55,284 nt of DNA, filler included, from Circinaria calcarea (GCA_051942165.1; 5 parts of 5 records of this genome joined end to end with filler, not necessarily neighbours in it), one strand, 5' to 3'; counted from the first letter of the whole stretch, positions 12,711 to 25,435 are shown. A program made the numbers and translations. Notes: a model not told the origin generated them from the letters alone.

Positions 12711-13503
12711 AGCACGCTGAATAGAAACGCTCGAGTGAGGAAGCCAAATGACGGAGTCAAATAACTGGTGCTGGAAATTCTCTGTGCAGGCAAAGGTAGG
12801 AAGCGTTCAGCAGTTTGGAGAATTATTCTAAGGTAATGATGGGGACAGGGAGCCAATAGCATATATGTGGGGTTACTTTGAGGCAGCAGTGTCTTGGATA
12901 AATTATGCCGGTCCCCGAACGGGTCAAGCATAATTCCTGACTTGCTTCCTCGAGCGGATGTAATAGTAATGAGAAATAGTTGATATTTTATACGCAGAGA
13001 GACTAGCTATTGTTCGGATTCTTTTGGCCTTTACAGATCATAAACCGCATTCACGTCCTAAGCCTGGAATAAAACTAAACCTAACTGTAGTCATCTACCA
13101 AGATCCGATAGTTTAGGCTCAAAGCTCGCTGTTGGGTACGCCGGCCGATCCAAGTCTACGCTCTTTCAGTACCGACCTCTATTTTCGCCCAGAGAAACTG
13201 TTCCCGTTAACACCAAACCACTACGAATTCCAACTAGGTCGGATTATAGGTCTAAGAGACCTCAGATAAAGCCATTACGCTTTAGATGGATACCGTCTCA
13301 AAGCCTACCCACTCGCAGTGCAGGAGGAATCGCCACTTTGGAAGAAGTGGATAGCAGCTGTTTGTAGGACATCAAATAATTCGATTTGCCAGCCATATTT
13401 TAATCTGTCTGCTAACCAATCAATCAGCCTTGTGCAGCACTCAGAGACTTGAACAGACAACACCATTAATATCAACACATAATACTCCAGCATATTTAAT
13501 TTA

Positions 13504-15341
13504 TTAAACTCTCCCCGCGGGAGTATCACGCACCCGTGTTTTGAGGAAAATGCGCTGAGTAGGATTCGGTGTTGATAATCCTTCGATATTGAACCTGGGC
13601 GGCTGACCAGGTTGGGTGCGATCCCATGATATATCATACTCGGCAATTAGCTTGCTGAAAAGGATCTTCATGAGCCGGACCGCGAAGAAGCGGCCAGGGC
13701 AAACGTGGTTGCCATAGCCAAAGCTGGCATATGTTATTAATGTTCAATGGAGTTGATGCAGGTCCCATCGACTTACACAAGATTGGTTGAGCCAACATGA
13801 GATGCGACCCATCTATTCACCTTATCTTCTGTTCGTGCATCTGCTGTAGTAAGCTTTGCGAACCGGAAGCCATCGAATTGAAGTGGGTTTTCGAAATAAT
13901 CCGGATCGCGCTGGGTTGATCCAGCCGGAAAGCCGATGCGAGAGCTTACGGGTAGCGTTAGGCCATCAGAGAAGGTAAAGGGTTCATGCATCACGGTACG
14001 AGTGCAGTTCACTAAATAAGGGTCAGTAACTGGAGTCCAACTTATAGCTGGGGCCACTCCGTACACGAGAAAATTGGATACATGCGATTAACCTCTCTAA
14101 TAAAACTGTCCTGCAATGGCAGACTATTAATGATTTTCTCGGACCAGCCATGCTTCGCGATAGCATCATCGACTTCCCGACGCAAAGGCTCGAGATAGCT
14201 TGGATCTTCTAAGATGAGAAACAGCATCTGAGTGATTATCGATCTAGGAGAGGTCTCTGAAGCCTATAGATTTTGAATAAGCTCATTCGAAATATACCAC
14301 AGCGGCTCGGATCCGTTAGGGTCAATCGAATGTTCGTTCAATAATTTGAGTGTCCACTCAATCCCGTCAATTCGAGGAGATGTTTGGATGCCGCGAGCTC
14401 GCTCTTGCATCCGCTTTTCAACGACGGGCGAGATGATACCGATCAACTGCCGTAGTTTTCGACGTTGGACAAAGGCAATCGGCCACGCCAAAACGCCTCG
14501 GAGTACTCCCAAATGGAGCTTAAGTAGAATAACGCCGGTGATAAAATTCCCCTGAAAATACGCTTGCGAGACCTTGAGAAAGTGCTTATCTCGACATAGC
14601 TCTTCTCCCATTATCACTAGAGAAACCGTACGCTGAGATATACTGGTGAACAATGTGAGAGCAGGAAACCCTCGGGATTCTGTATTTGTTAGCGGTAAAG
14701 ATTCGAAACCCTGGACGCGGAAAGTGGAAAGAGACTAACGACTGCAGTCACCGAGCTCGGCCTCGAAAGCGTAGCGTGCTTCGGAGATGCAAAGATCAGT
14801 AGCTTCAGCTATCCAGCTGTTAGTCCGAGGTCGGTGGAAAGTAGTAGTAAGTCTATACGTAAACGAGGATTGAGTCCCTTTTTAACAACATGGACCATTC
14901 GGTCACTTGAGAATAAATCCCCAACCCAGTATTTCATGAAGAACACCTGCTGGTCAGCTTGCTGATTTGAAAATCAGGGACTGTGACTCACATCAGATAT
15001 ATTGTCACGAAAGCTTAAATGCATCGGGTCGGCATGCTTAATATCAGACAGGTACTTCAGCGGCAGAATCACGTATTCTTTGGCCCAATATCGAATCAGA
15101 AACGGCTTTTGAGAGGGCTTGCTAATCTTTGAATGTTAGATGCCACCGTATTCCATGGGCATAACTCGGTATTAACCTTCTGGTAACCTCTGTCGAGAAG
15201 GTCTGTAACCGGATTCGAAAGTACCAAAGCATATCTCCATGTTCTGCCCACAGTATCGAAAGCCCCCTGAGAGCTTGGATACCACACAATACAAAGCAAG
15301 CAAACAGCCAACAAAGAAGAGATGATAGTTAACACTTCCAT
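13504..15341 (-). pseudogene. Cytochrome P450 with in-frame premature stop
   Basis: N-terminal anchor, ExxR (IREVNR), FDGFRF, heme motif FGYGNHVCPG. In-frame TAG at 14264-14266 (ELIQNL*ASETSP) in the I-helix region with no splice donor to remove it. Confidence 0.8.
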
Positions 15342-17088
15342 AACAGATTAATTCATAGAGTTTAAGTAATCGACTAGCAGCTCGACAAAGACGACTTTTC
15401 AACAAGTACAAACCTTTTTCAATTGCGATGCGAGAACGAACCAAACACTGTGCCACATTCGTAGCACAGCCGAGGGTTCCCGAGCATAAGCTGGTTCTTT
15501 TGCATATCAAGCCCCGACGCTACCAGAAGTTGCAGCAGCAATGGATGTACTGTGGTAAAAACAAGCGACTCCCCACCATCGACTCTAGAAGCAATCTACG
15601 TGTTTCCATTACATTGAACAAATTTGAGCTCTGAAAGCGTTTCGAAGGGGCAATTCTGCACGAAAAACTTGGCCGCGCCAAAATATTATGCAGGATTGCT
15701 AACCAAGTGACGGAATCCACGCGAGATGGCAAGGCAATGGCACACGGCCAATAAGCCGCAACCTGGCTGGGAGAACGAGAGTCGCGTTCTCACCGCCACG
15801 AGTTCGAATCCGGCCACCGATGCGGAGACACGCCACCCGCCTGGGATCGGCTACCGGGTGTGCCTACTACGTAACATGTCAGACCCCAGCTGATCTAAGG
15901 CAGTGGCAAGTTGCTCTGCCATCCGTGTGGCACTAGCAACGCCTGATACGAGGTTACATATATGGAGTGAGATTCTCACTCGGTAGTAGTGCACCATATT
16001 ACGAATATTATTAATCTACAACTGCAATATATATTAATAGTGTTACCTTGAATATTAATATGGGCCAAACTACACCACACACCCACCGATGCAGCGTGGA
16101 GGGGTACGCCTGCACTACACCGGCAGTATAGGGGGTTAGTACACCGTCAGTGTAATTTTAAATACAAAAATTATACAGCTTGGGAAAAAAATAAAGTTAT
16201 ATACAACTCTGAAACTGGGCTTGATTTAAGAATAATTCGTGTAGTTTACAAAAATCACCACCAACCCGACAAAATCCGTGATGGAAATTACATTTTGTTG
16301 AATATCTGGTAGGTCAACAGGGTGTCACGTGGAGGAGAGGGAATACTTCGTATGGAATGCGGGTATGCAGCGTATGCAAGAAAGTGGTGTGTAAATTGTG
16401 TGGTTCGCAAAGTGCGAACCACGGAGAAAACTCTGCAACACACGCTATTCTAGTGTAGTATGCACGCTATGCCTTATAATATACTGACTCCAAATGTTTA
16501 ACACATTTGTATTTATTCCCAATTTCATCATCGGTGGGATGGAGTTCCCGGCCGGGGAAACAGGTCACGGGGATTTATAAAACAACAGTCACTCGCCATG
16601 CCCCAGAAAATTGGGGGCTGTTGGTTGAGGATCCTCAGCTAGGCAACCTGCCCATTCGCCACCAGATAAGTACACCAAGCATGACCCTTTGATATAACGG
16701 CTGGGTGATCTGAGTGAGCCAGCTACCACAGGGCTAGAACGGCATACCGACAAGCCGATTCTGAAATCGCATCACAAAACTCGTTTATTGAACTACAGAG
16801 CATGCGAGTGGAAGTTTTATAACCGCGATTGAACTGGCCGAATCACGTGAACGAATTCTGTAAGCTATCTTGGCAATCATTTAAAATCAGTGGCCCTAGA
16901 AACACACGTATGGTATGCTTATCTATAAACAATCTCGGAGATTATTGCAATATGTGACACATGTCATGCGGAATAAGAAACTGGCTTTGCCGTTATCTCC
17001 ATAGCTGTCTCTTATGGAGAATCCCTGTTGCCACAGGATTGACATAGGTCGCATGCTTAAAGAGCCCTTCAGTTATGCGGCCACTGAT

Positions 17089-18486
17089 CTAGTGAGCTTG
17101 ATCGCTTCGATTGCGAACAGTGGGTGACAGAATAGGAGATTGGTATTCCTGAAAAGTGGGTAGGTGTGGGCCGAGTTCCAGTTCCGACTCAGATGCCTTG
17201 CGGGAGGAATGCTGTTGGCTGTAAGATCTGTCGCCGAGCTGGTTGCCTTGGTAGTCCCGAGTTTGGCTGAGGCTGATCCGTGATAGGAGACGCCTGAGAG
17301 TCGTGGCGCCTTTCGTAAAAATATATTCCCAGAGGATAGGAAGAGCTGGTAGGCACGCGGTAATAATAATAATAAGAGGCTCGTACATTCTGCAAATATC
17401 AGCGAAGTAGCTGAGTCGAGGGTATTATAAAATCAACGCACCCGATTACAATCACCGGCATTTAGTTCCAAAAGAGGTCGTCGGTGGGATCGTTTACCAC
17501 ACGGTAGTACAGCACCAGGATACTGCAAATACAAGCTCTCGGGCAGGTTAATACGGCCAGCGGACTTAACTTTGGAGCAAACTCATAATATCCCAGTGCT
17601 AAGAACGAGGATTATTCTAATCTTTCGGCGTGTCGATATTTGCAGGGTCGCGATTGTAGGTATGCTGATAACAAATACAAAGATATCCAGGAGCATGTTC
17701 AAGGCAGCAGAAGCTTGCCCAATTAAATCCTCATTTTATCACTGCATTTAGCGGGGAACTGTCCTCCGCCGCCGGACCTGAGCGAACAAACGATGCCGAA
17801 ATAGAGCGTAAGGATTACCGAATATAGGATATTGAGAGCGATTCCTGAGTAAATAAGATACGCTAAGGTCCGGCGAGCTCTTCTTGGAAAGAGTCGGAGC
17901 AAAAAGTAAAGAATCGAAAGTTTCGCGAATGTAGTCGACCAGATATTTACCAATTGGATAACGAATAGTCTCTGTATTTACTTAGCGCAAGAACTTTGAA
18001 TATTTTCTAGATGGTTTCCTAATTACCGCGGTAAACGCTGGATTGAAGAAGTCGATGAGCGGGACGTTCCACCAGTGGGGTCCGAGTCCGCCTTGATAGA
18101 AAGCTGAAATGCATGAATAAGTGGATGATATTATACGGTACATTTGAGGATATTCATCAGCGATCGTAACACCAGCAATTATCGTCGCAAAAACCTTTAA
18201 TTAAATGCTGTCAATGAATTAACACCTGGAGCGTGAGATTTGCCTAGAGGCAAATACTTACCCCAGCTGTCAAAGCCATCCAATTATCCATTCCTAGATG
18301 CTTAGAATATCGACTCTTCGAAAACATCCTCATCGAGAATATAATAAGCATGACTATCCACAGGACAGCGATAGCGGCAGTGGCGCCTGGAGTGCGAGTC
18401 GGCGGATTAACAAAATTTGGTAGAATACCAGATGGAGGCGGTCCTGCCGGCGTTGTCGCCAGCTGCTCTGGAGTCAACGGTGGTAT
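17089..18486 (-). pseudogene. PTH11-like/rhodopsin-domain integral membrane protein, disrupted
   Basis: Family motifs PPPSGILPNFVNP, GLGPHWWNVP, FAKLSILYFLLRLF, DIFVFVISIP. Lesions: no ATG (ATA at 18486), frameshift near 17733, donor ATGAGT instead of GTGAGT at 17586, TAA at 17462-17464. Confidence 0.8.
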
Positions 18487-18962
18487 AAATATCCTTGGAG
18501 TTTGTGGTTGAATAAACCAAGGAGTCAAAAACTCTCAGACCTGTCATCTAATTAGGAGGGAGATATAGCGGAGCATAGATAGAAGCTCGGTGGCCGATGC
18601 AGATAAGGTAAATCGGTGTACTACCCACCCTTCAATAATCCCTTGCATACCGTGCCTCCCTTATACGTTGTTATTTGATTTCGGCTAAACATACTCCGTA
18701 GGTCCTTCGCTTTAACACGTAAGCCACGTCCATGAGTAGCGCTTTGTCAGATATCGATTTAAGAATCGTATGACAACGAAGGCGGTTAATGCGCATACAG
18801 CATATTATTATCACAAAACTGCTTGGGTTATCTAAAGCAGGGATCGCAGTGGTAAAGCGTTCTATAATGCGTTTACAGGTCATTAAAGAATCTAATACCT
18901 AATTTGGCCTAAAGATAAGTTATAAAGTGCAGGAAGGCCTCTAGAGATTCCTTACTATTATA

Positions 18963-19916
18963 TTATTGTGGCTTTCGGCCCCACACCACGCGCAGCGGGA
19001 AGTTCGCTCCACGCTCCGATAATTCCGCTCTCAGACGAGGTACTAAAGTATCAAGCTCTTCTTTGGAGGGTAGCAAAGGCGGGGTTGGGAGTGCTAAATA
19101 GTCAGCCTCAAGTGCTTTGGCTCATCGAAGATGATGTATGTGGACTGACTTTTTGTGAAATCCACCAATCCCTTAGCAGCTATACAAGTCGAGTTAACTC
19201 CTCGCTGCGCAAGCTGGGGATCTGCATTCGTGGCTCCCATGTATACATCCACCAGACGTTCTTGAACATCCACAAACCCAGCAGCCTTAATCCAGCCGGC
19301 TACCTGGCGGGCAAACGTAACGTCCACTCCCATGGTCGTGAACACGTTCTTCATTACCTGGAGGAAATCGTGCATGGCTGGGCCGTCTTTCTCGCCGATG
19401 ATGCCCTGTGCTTCAATAAGCTGAATCCATCCGGCCGGCCTGACCAACTCTGTAAGATGCGTGACAGCAGTCTGCGCAGCCGGCCCAGCGCCCACGAGTG
19501 CTAAGCGCTGATGCACAATATCGAAGGAACCATGCCATTCCTTTGGCCATGGATCGTTGATGTTCTGAACTTGATATGTTGTGCCTGGCGGTGGAGGCTC
19601 TGGAAAACATTGAGGATTGATGCCGGTACCAATCAAGGTGTGGGTTAGACCAGACGGGACGGAAGATGCAAGGTCGCGGAGCCAGAAGCCTGTCGCAAAT
19701 GGTCCGTTAGCATCTCCCACCACATCACCATAAGTTTATCGGCCTACCATCGGCTGTTGCTGAATCCAAAATGCGCAGTGGGGCCGCTGCAAGGTCGACG
19801 GGCACTAGCAGCAGCCCGCCCATGGCGTCTTTGATCACTTCATGCTGGCTTGACAGGCGGCCCATCTCATCATCGCTCTCGAGGATGTAGTCGGTTTTTT
19901 TCCCATCCTCGGCCAT
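18963..19916 (-). CDS. Class I SAM-dependent methyltransferase (GliN/SirN-like N-methyltransferase type)
   Basis: Three exons. EMGRLSSQHEVIK, LRILDSATADG, FDIVHQR, LVRPAGWIQLIE, C-terminal VVWGRKP. Confidence 0.8.
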
Positions 19917-20424
19917 AATCGTAGGGACAGTCACGGGCAAGACGGCGGAGTTTGATATGGGATGATATCCAAAGGCCACCTAACGGTTGGCCCGGCACAG
20001 TGCGATGGCAATTATGGAGGATGGGTACGTAGAGCCGTTTAATGAAGCAGCAAGCAGGCCGAACCGGCTGCCGGGATATCTCGCAGTAGTTCTAATGCCC
20101 GAAAAACCGACTGACCAGCCATCTTTCTAGGGGCTCCTAAATTACCCGGTCGAAGTGCTGCTGAACGTCTCGTTGCTAACCCAATTCCTTCTCTCTCGCT
20201 CTTGCAATCTCGATTCGGTCCTCGGTTTGCTGCGAGTTGGAGCGGGTTGGCGCCGAGTGCGAAAGGGTTGATACCGTGGCTGCGCATAGCTAACTTAGCG
20301 AGGGTATAGAAATGACCGTGGGTTGACTTTATCACTTGCTGCTTCACCGTTTATGTAATGAACCTTCTGGTCTGAGGCAGGCACATTAAAAAAGATCTCG
20401 CATTCGGTTCCTCTTCTTGGCCCC

Positions 20425-21881
20425 ATGGCGTCTGCAAACACAAGTAGAATCGTCCAGCTTGCAGCGGCTATTCAGTCCCATACAATCAAGGTGGATGCCT
20501 ACCTTACCACGCACGGCCTTCCATCATTATCATTCGATGCCGAAATTCCCTCTCTACCCCCAGACACCGAAGCTTCCCGGATCTCTATTCTCGAAGCCAC
20601 AGACGAGATGGCGGATCTGATGCTCGGGCCTCGTCAGCTTGCCGAGTGTAATCCGCCTCAGGTTAATATGAAATCTCTATGCTGTATACTGTGATTGCTG
20701 ACGCAATTCCAACAGCACACTTCGCTCCTGGGCATCCAAGCTATCAGTCGATATGGCATTGCAAGCCAGGTCGGAACAGACGAAGAAGTAACGTTTACGG
20801 AGCTGGCTGAACGATGTAAACTTCCCGCCGACGATCTCCGGCGTCTTCTGCGGCAAGCAATGTCGAGGCATATCTTCAAGGAGCCACGCAAAGGCTACGT
20901 TGCTCATACCGCCGCATCGAGAATTCTTGCCACGTCTCGAGGTATCAACGACTGGGTCTATATGGCTTTGGATGAGATGTGGCCATCGGCTGCACACATG
21001 CTGGACGCTATGGATAAATGGAAAGGCTCAGAAGAAGCCTACGAGACAGTCGGTGATCAGCTTCCTGATAAGATGGATAAGCGGAAACTCGCTTCTAATA
21101 AACCTTTTCTTCAGGGATTCAACCTTGCCAAGGACACCAAAGACTCGTTTTTCGATAGTATGAAGGATCATCCACGCCGGAGAGACGCGTTCTCCAACGT
21201 CATGAGCTACGTACATTCCCGGCAAGGCATTGGATACTCTCTGTCGCATCTTCTTTCAAGCTATAACTGGGCTTCAGTCGGCACTATCGTCGATATTGGA
21301 GGGGGAACCGGTTCTACGAGTGCGGACCTTGCTCGAAATTACCCATCGATCCGTTGTATTGTCCAAGACCTGCCCGATATTGTTGCTCAGGGCCGCGAGC
21401 AAGTCGGAAGCGATGTGGCCGGGCAGATTACCTTTATGGCGCACGATTTCTTCCTGGAACAGCCAGTCAAGGATGTAGATGTGTATTTTCTTCGCTGGAT
21501 CCTGCACGATTGGTCGGACAAGAAGGCTATATCTATTCTAAAGAATCTGATCCCGGCTCTAAAGCATGGGGCCAATATTATCCTCCAGGAGTTCGTGATT
21601 CCTGAACCTGGTGTTCTCTCCTTCTATTATGAAAAGGTTTTGAGGTAAAACTCGGTTACGTCCGGTGCCCTGCCTAATATTACCTGCTAATAATATTTAA
21701 CAGATATTTTGATCTCGCTATGAAAATAAGCTTTAATTCAAAGGAACGAGAGATAGAGGACTGGATACAGCTACTTATAAATGCTGATTATCGTTTTAAA
21801 TTCGTCGGTGCAAAACTACCCCCTGGGTCTAATATGGCAATTATCCACGCTCGCTGGGAGGAAAATACCCTATCTATATAG
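20425..21881 (+). CDS. O-methyltransferase family 2 (fungal secondary metabolism)
   Basis: N-terminal dimerisation/wHTH region, IVDIGGGTG, IVQDLP, FMAHDFF, LRWILHDWSD, last exon NSKERE..W. Confidence 0.9.
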
Positions 21882-21916
21882 AATGAAGGCGAAATATATA
21901 TATATATTAACCCTCC

Positions 21917-21963
21917 CTCTCTACCCTCTACCCTCTACCCTTCTACCCTCTACTTTCTACCCT
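21917..21963 (+). repeat. Imperfect (CTCTACC)n tandem repeat in AT-rich contig end
   Basis: About 6 imperfect 7-mer copies visible. Confidence 0.6.
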
Positions 21964-22081
21964 ATCCACGCCCAATAAATTCACCGGGGCCTTTTTCGGG
22001 CCTTTTTCGGGCAATATAAGGCCTAGGTCCGGGGTCCAGGGAATAATATAATAATTTATTGGTGATAAACAGTATATATAA

Positions 22082-22181
22082 NNNNNNNNNNNNNNNNNNN
22101 NNNNNNNNNNNNNNNNNNNNNNNNNTTAATTAATTAANNNNNNNNNNNNNNNNNNNNNNNNNNNNNNNNNNNNNNNNNNNN
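22082..22181. other. Artificial contig linker
   Basis: N44-TTAATTAATTAA-N44. Confidence 0.98.
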
Positions 22182-22489
22182 GGGGGGGGGGGTGCGTGGG
22201 GGAAGCACTGGGAGGCGAGAAAACTGTGTTCTCGTCTCATGTATATAGGAAGTTGAAGCTATTCATAGGTTCTTATATGGTCAGATTTGCGTAGACTATA
22301 AGTGAAGTACCGTATCATAGCAATTTGTATGTACTGTGGCTCTATATAAAGCAATCTAAATCAGGTAAGGTGGGTGTGTGTCCGGAGCCAGATGGGTAAA
22401 TCGGCCCTATTTGAGGCCTACGGCGCCTTTCTCATCTTCATACTTCGTACAACTATATCATCTCATCACCGCCAGCTGTACTGCCAGAA

Positions 22490-23487
22490 ATGCAGCCGTT
22501 TGATAGTGAGACCTCGGAAACTTTTCTCAAGCATGCTCCTTTCCATGACTGGGACGATAAAAGGCCTAATCGACGCATGCGACACGCCCTCTGGCTATCT
22601 TGTTCCCTTAACGTCCTTCTCGCGCTCTCCTGGGTTGGCTTCATTTTTACACAGCGGCTACCGTCGTCATCTAGATCTTCTGCTTGTATACGGCCGCTCG
22701 AAGGTAAGAGTATATCCATGTTTTCTTGCCGGATTCCAACTCATGGAGCCTCGCAGATATCTATGATGATTTTGTGTCTACTATCCGCCATACCTCTATC
22801 CGTTATGATACCGACCCATCAGTGAATGATCTCGATTTCAAAATCTATTGGGGTCGACATTGGTTTGAGAACTCGCCTCAAGCGATCGACGAGTTATGGC
22901 AAGACCTCGCAAGCAGTAAGAAAGAAGCAAGCTCGTCCAGGTTGCCAGTTTACGAGCCCCGCCAGTACAAGTCCTGAGCATCACTGCCGAAGAGGCCGCA
23001 AAACTTCCTATCCCAACTGCTGGCGACCCAGATTCGCCGGGCAAGTTCGCGGTCTCGCCCCAAGTTTTTCACGATGTGCATTGCTTAGTATGTGCTTCCT
23101 TCTGTCTATTCCTCACTTTCCATTGCAAGCTTGACCGTTGCCTTTCAAGCATTATATCCGGAATCATGCTATGGGTTATGCGCCAATACATAACGAGACT
23201 GCGAGTAAGCATCTTGTTCACGTAGGTAAGGTGACTTCTTCATCTACTTCCATATATTAAGTTGCTGATGCTAGTACCATAAAGAGCACTGCCTAGGTAC
23301 TCTTCGCCAGAGTATCATCTGCGAGGGAAGTCTCCAGCCTGTGGTCTATACCTTAATTAACGGCACCGCTTACGCTAATCCTGGTGCTACACCTCGGACA
23401 TGTCGTGACTGGAGTATGATATGGGATTGGGGCAAGCATAGAGACATCACGAATGGAAGTGTTGGTAGAGATGGCAAGAAACACTAG
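22490..23487 (+). CDS. DUF3328/UstYa-like oxidase (copy 1)
   Basis: Five exons. N-terminal TM (SLNVLLALSWVGFIF), IDELWQDL, motif 1 VFHDVHCL, motif 2 HVEHCLGTLRQSIIC, C-terminal RTCRDW. Confidence 0.92.
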
Positions 23488-23646
23488 TTAATGATAGTCC
23501 TATACTTCTTAACGCGATAGCAGCCTATTACTCTTCCTAATCGCAAATAGTTCCTGAATCAGTCGAGATAACAACTTCCATCCAACGTGAAGGAGACCAT
23601 AGAAGAAGGCGTCTAAGCCACACAAAAAGCCATTCGCCTCGACGAC

Positions 23647-23978
23647 CTAAGCTTCTTCATACCTAGGATATGCGTTGGCTTGAGCGGTCAGTGATAACTT
23701 GCCTCTGAAGACTCACCCAAATGGAGGAAAGGGTTGGCTGTTCACGGAAAGTTAAAATTACTCAAGTTCTAAAGGTAGGAACTTACCCTACAAAGGGACG
23801 AGGTCAGTATATGCATGGACCGAGTCGGGAAGAGACACATAGAATTATCAGACCCACCTTTGACGAACACGTTAACAGACTCAAGGTCAGCTTCGCTGAT
23901 AACCGGTGCTGCTGGTGCGGCTAAGACGGCGGCAGTAGTGAAGACCGCAAGGCTGAAAGAGATCTTAAAAAACTTCAT
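23647..23978 (-). CDS. Putative RiPP precursor peptide (52 aa, secreted)
   Basis: Exons 23978-23858, 23787 (1 nt), 23737-23717, 23662-23647 give MKFFKISFSLAVFTTAAVLAAPAAPVISEADLESVNVFVKGQPFPPFGYEEA*. Clear signal peptide. Lies between two DUF3328 genes. Confidence 0.75.
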
Positions 23979-24415
23979 GATGGATCCCTGGTAGAGTTCG
24001 ATGGCGAGAACAGAATCAACAGGTAGGTTAGGGTACTTGATGTGAGAAGGTTAATAGAGGTTTGCGACTAGGAAGGAAACATTTTCTAGGAAATTACAGA
24101 ACAACAACATGATTAAATAAAGCAGGTGGGAGTAGAGCTATTCGAGATCATACCTGAAAAGTGCTACCCCCACTCGACAACGAATACGTGCATCAATAAA
24201 AGGATAATTGCGTTTCATAAGTGTCGGCAAATCTGCAAGCACATGCATGTGGTGTGCCACATGTGTGCCAAGTCTACAAACTAGGTAGGTTCTCAAGGGT
24301 TGTCATCTAGTGAAAAGCAACGCACAGCCTCTTCGAGAAAGTTATCGCCTCGTCACTCTTCGATCTAGCTACTGAACTTGCTGAATTTTAGTTTTTTGGA
24401 TCTTTAACGCCTCTC

Positions 24416-25299
24416 ATGATGGCGAGTAAAGCCTACACATACGAGCCTCTCGACCAGGTTTCCAGGTCAAGCATCGACATCTCCATGATTCAATCACGCA
24501 AGTCTTGGAAATATTTTCGCCTAGATATAAACAGCAGAGCGCTAATTGCTTTTATTGCCATTCTCCTCATAAACAACAGCATCTGGGTCTGGGTACTTGC
24601 GGCGCACGGCGTAACCCAAAGTTCTACTTCGTGGAGTTACTGTAAGTATCCAAATCAAAAATATGACCTGATTTAGGAGAACCCTAATCATAGGCTCTTG
24701 TTGCAAAAGACAACTCCACCACCCAAATATCCAAGTCCTTCCACTGGAATACGCCGTTCAGCAGCGACAATAAAACCGTCTCAAATCATTTATGGGCCGA
24801 ACTGTTTCCTCGTAAACATCTATTCCATCGGATACAACGCGTATATATATTCTAAGACTTCGCAGGTGGAGCTGGACTTGTGACCGTGGACGAGAAATGG
24901 GCCAAGGCCCAAAACCTCCCTATAAGCAAACAAGACCCTACGGATGCTAACCGCATGGTCTACTTCGTGGCTGCTCTGCACCAAGTCCACTGCCTGGTAC
25001 GCGATCGCCATTTTATTGTGAGGTTTCCGATCATGTCGCTAACATTTACCTGGCTGAGCTAGACGGTCATACGCGCCTCTCTTTTCCATTTCAATGAGGG
25101 AAGAGATCAGACCGTCCCTTGGAAGCATGTCACTCACTGTCTGGACAGCTTGCGGCAAGTCGTACTGTGTAAAATGGATGATACCCTTTTGTACACCGAA
25201 GATGCAAATGTGTTTGGTGACGGGCAGGTCCATATTTGCGGCGAGTGGAATGCGTTGTCGCAGTGGGCGGCGGATCATGCGTATGTGCAAGAGCAATGA
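24416..25299 (+). CDS. DUF3328/UstYa-like oxidase (copy 2)
   Basis: Four exons. TM ALIAFIAILLINNSIWVWVL, FHWNTPF..NHLWAEL, motif 1 LHQVHCL, motif 2 HVTHCLDSLRQVVLC, GDGQVHICGEW. Confidence 0.92.
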
Positions 25300-25435
25300 G
25301 GCCGGCTCCATGAAGCCATTAGGAATAAATCACTGGTACCATTGCACGATAGCCCCTCCTAGGCAGCAAGGTTTTGGTTCACTACAAAATTTCCATATAT
25401 TTCTGTACCTTACTGCTTACGCGCTAATTCGAGAC

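Noticed and set aside
15745..15820. tRNA-like B-box GAGTTCGAATCC
   Set aside because: The T-stem does not pair and no cloverleaf or acceptor stem could be built.
15985..16490. AT-rich quasi-palindromes and a small hairpin (GGTTCGCAAAGTGCGAACC)
   Set aside because: No clear TIR pair, TSD or coding relic could be defined.
23769..23978. ORF-track 69-aa translation (…VKGGSDNSMCLF…) as the real precursor
   Set aside because: It reads through a canonical intron with donor, branch point and acceptor. The spliced model fits better.
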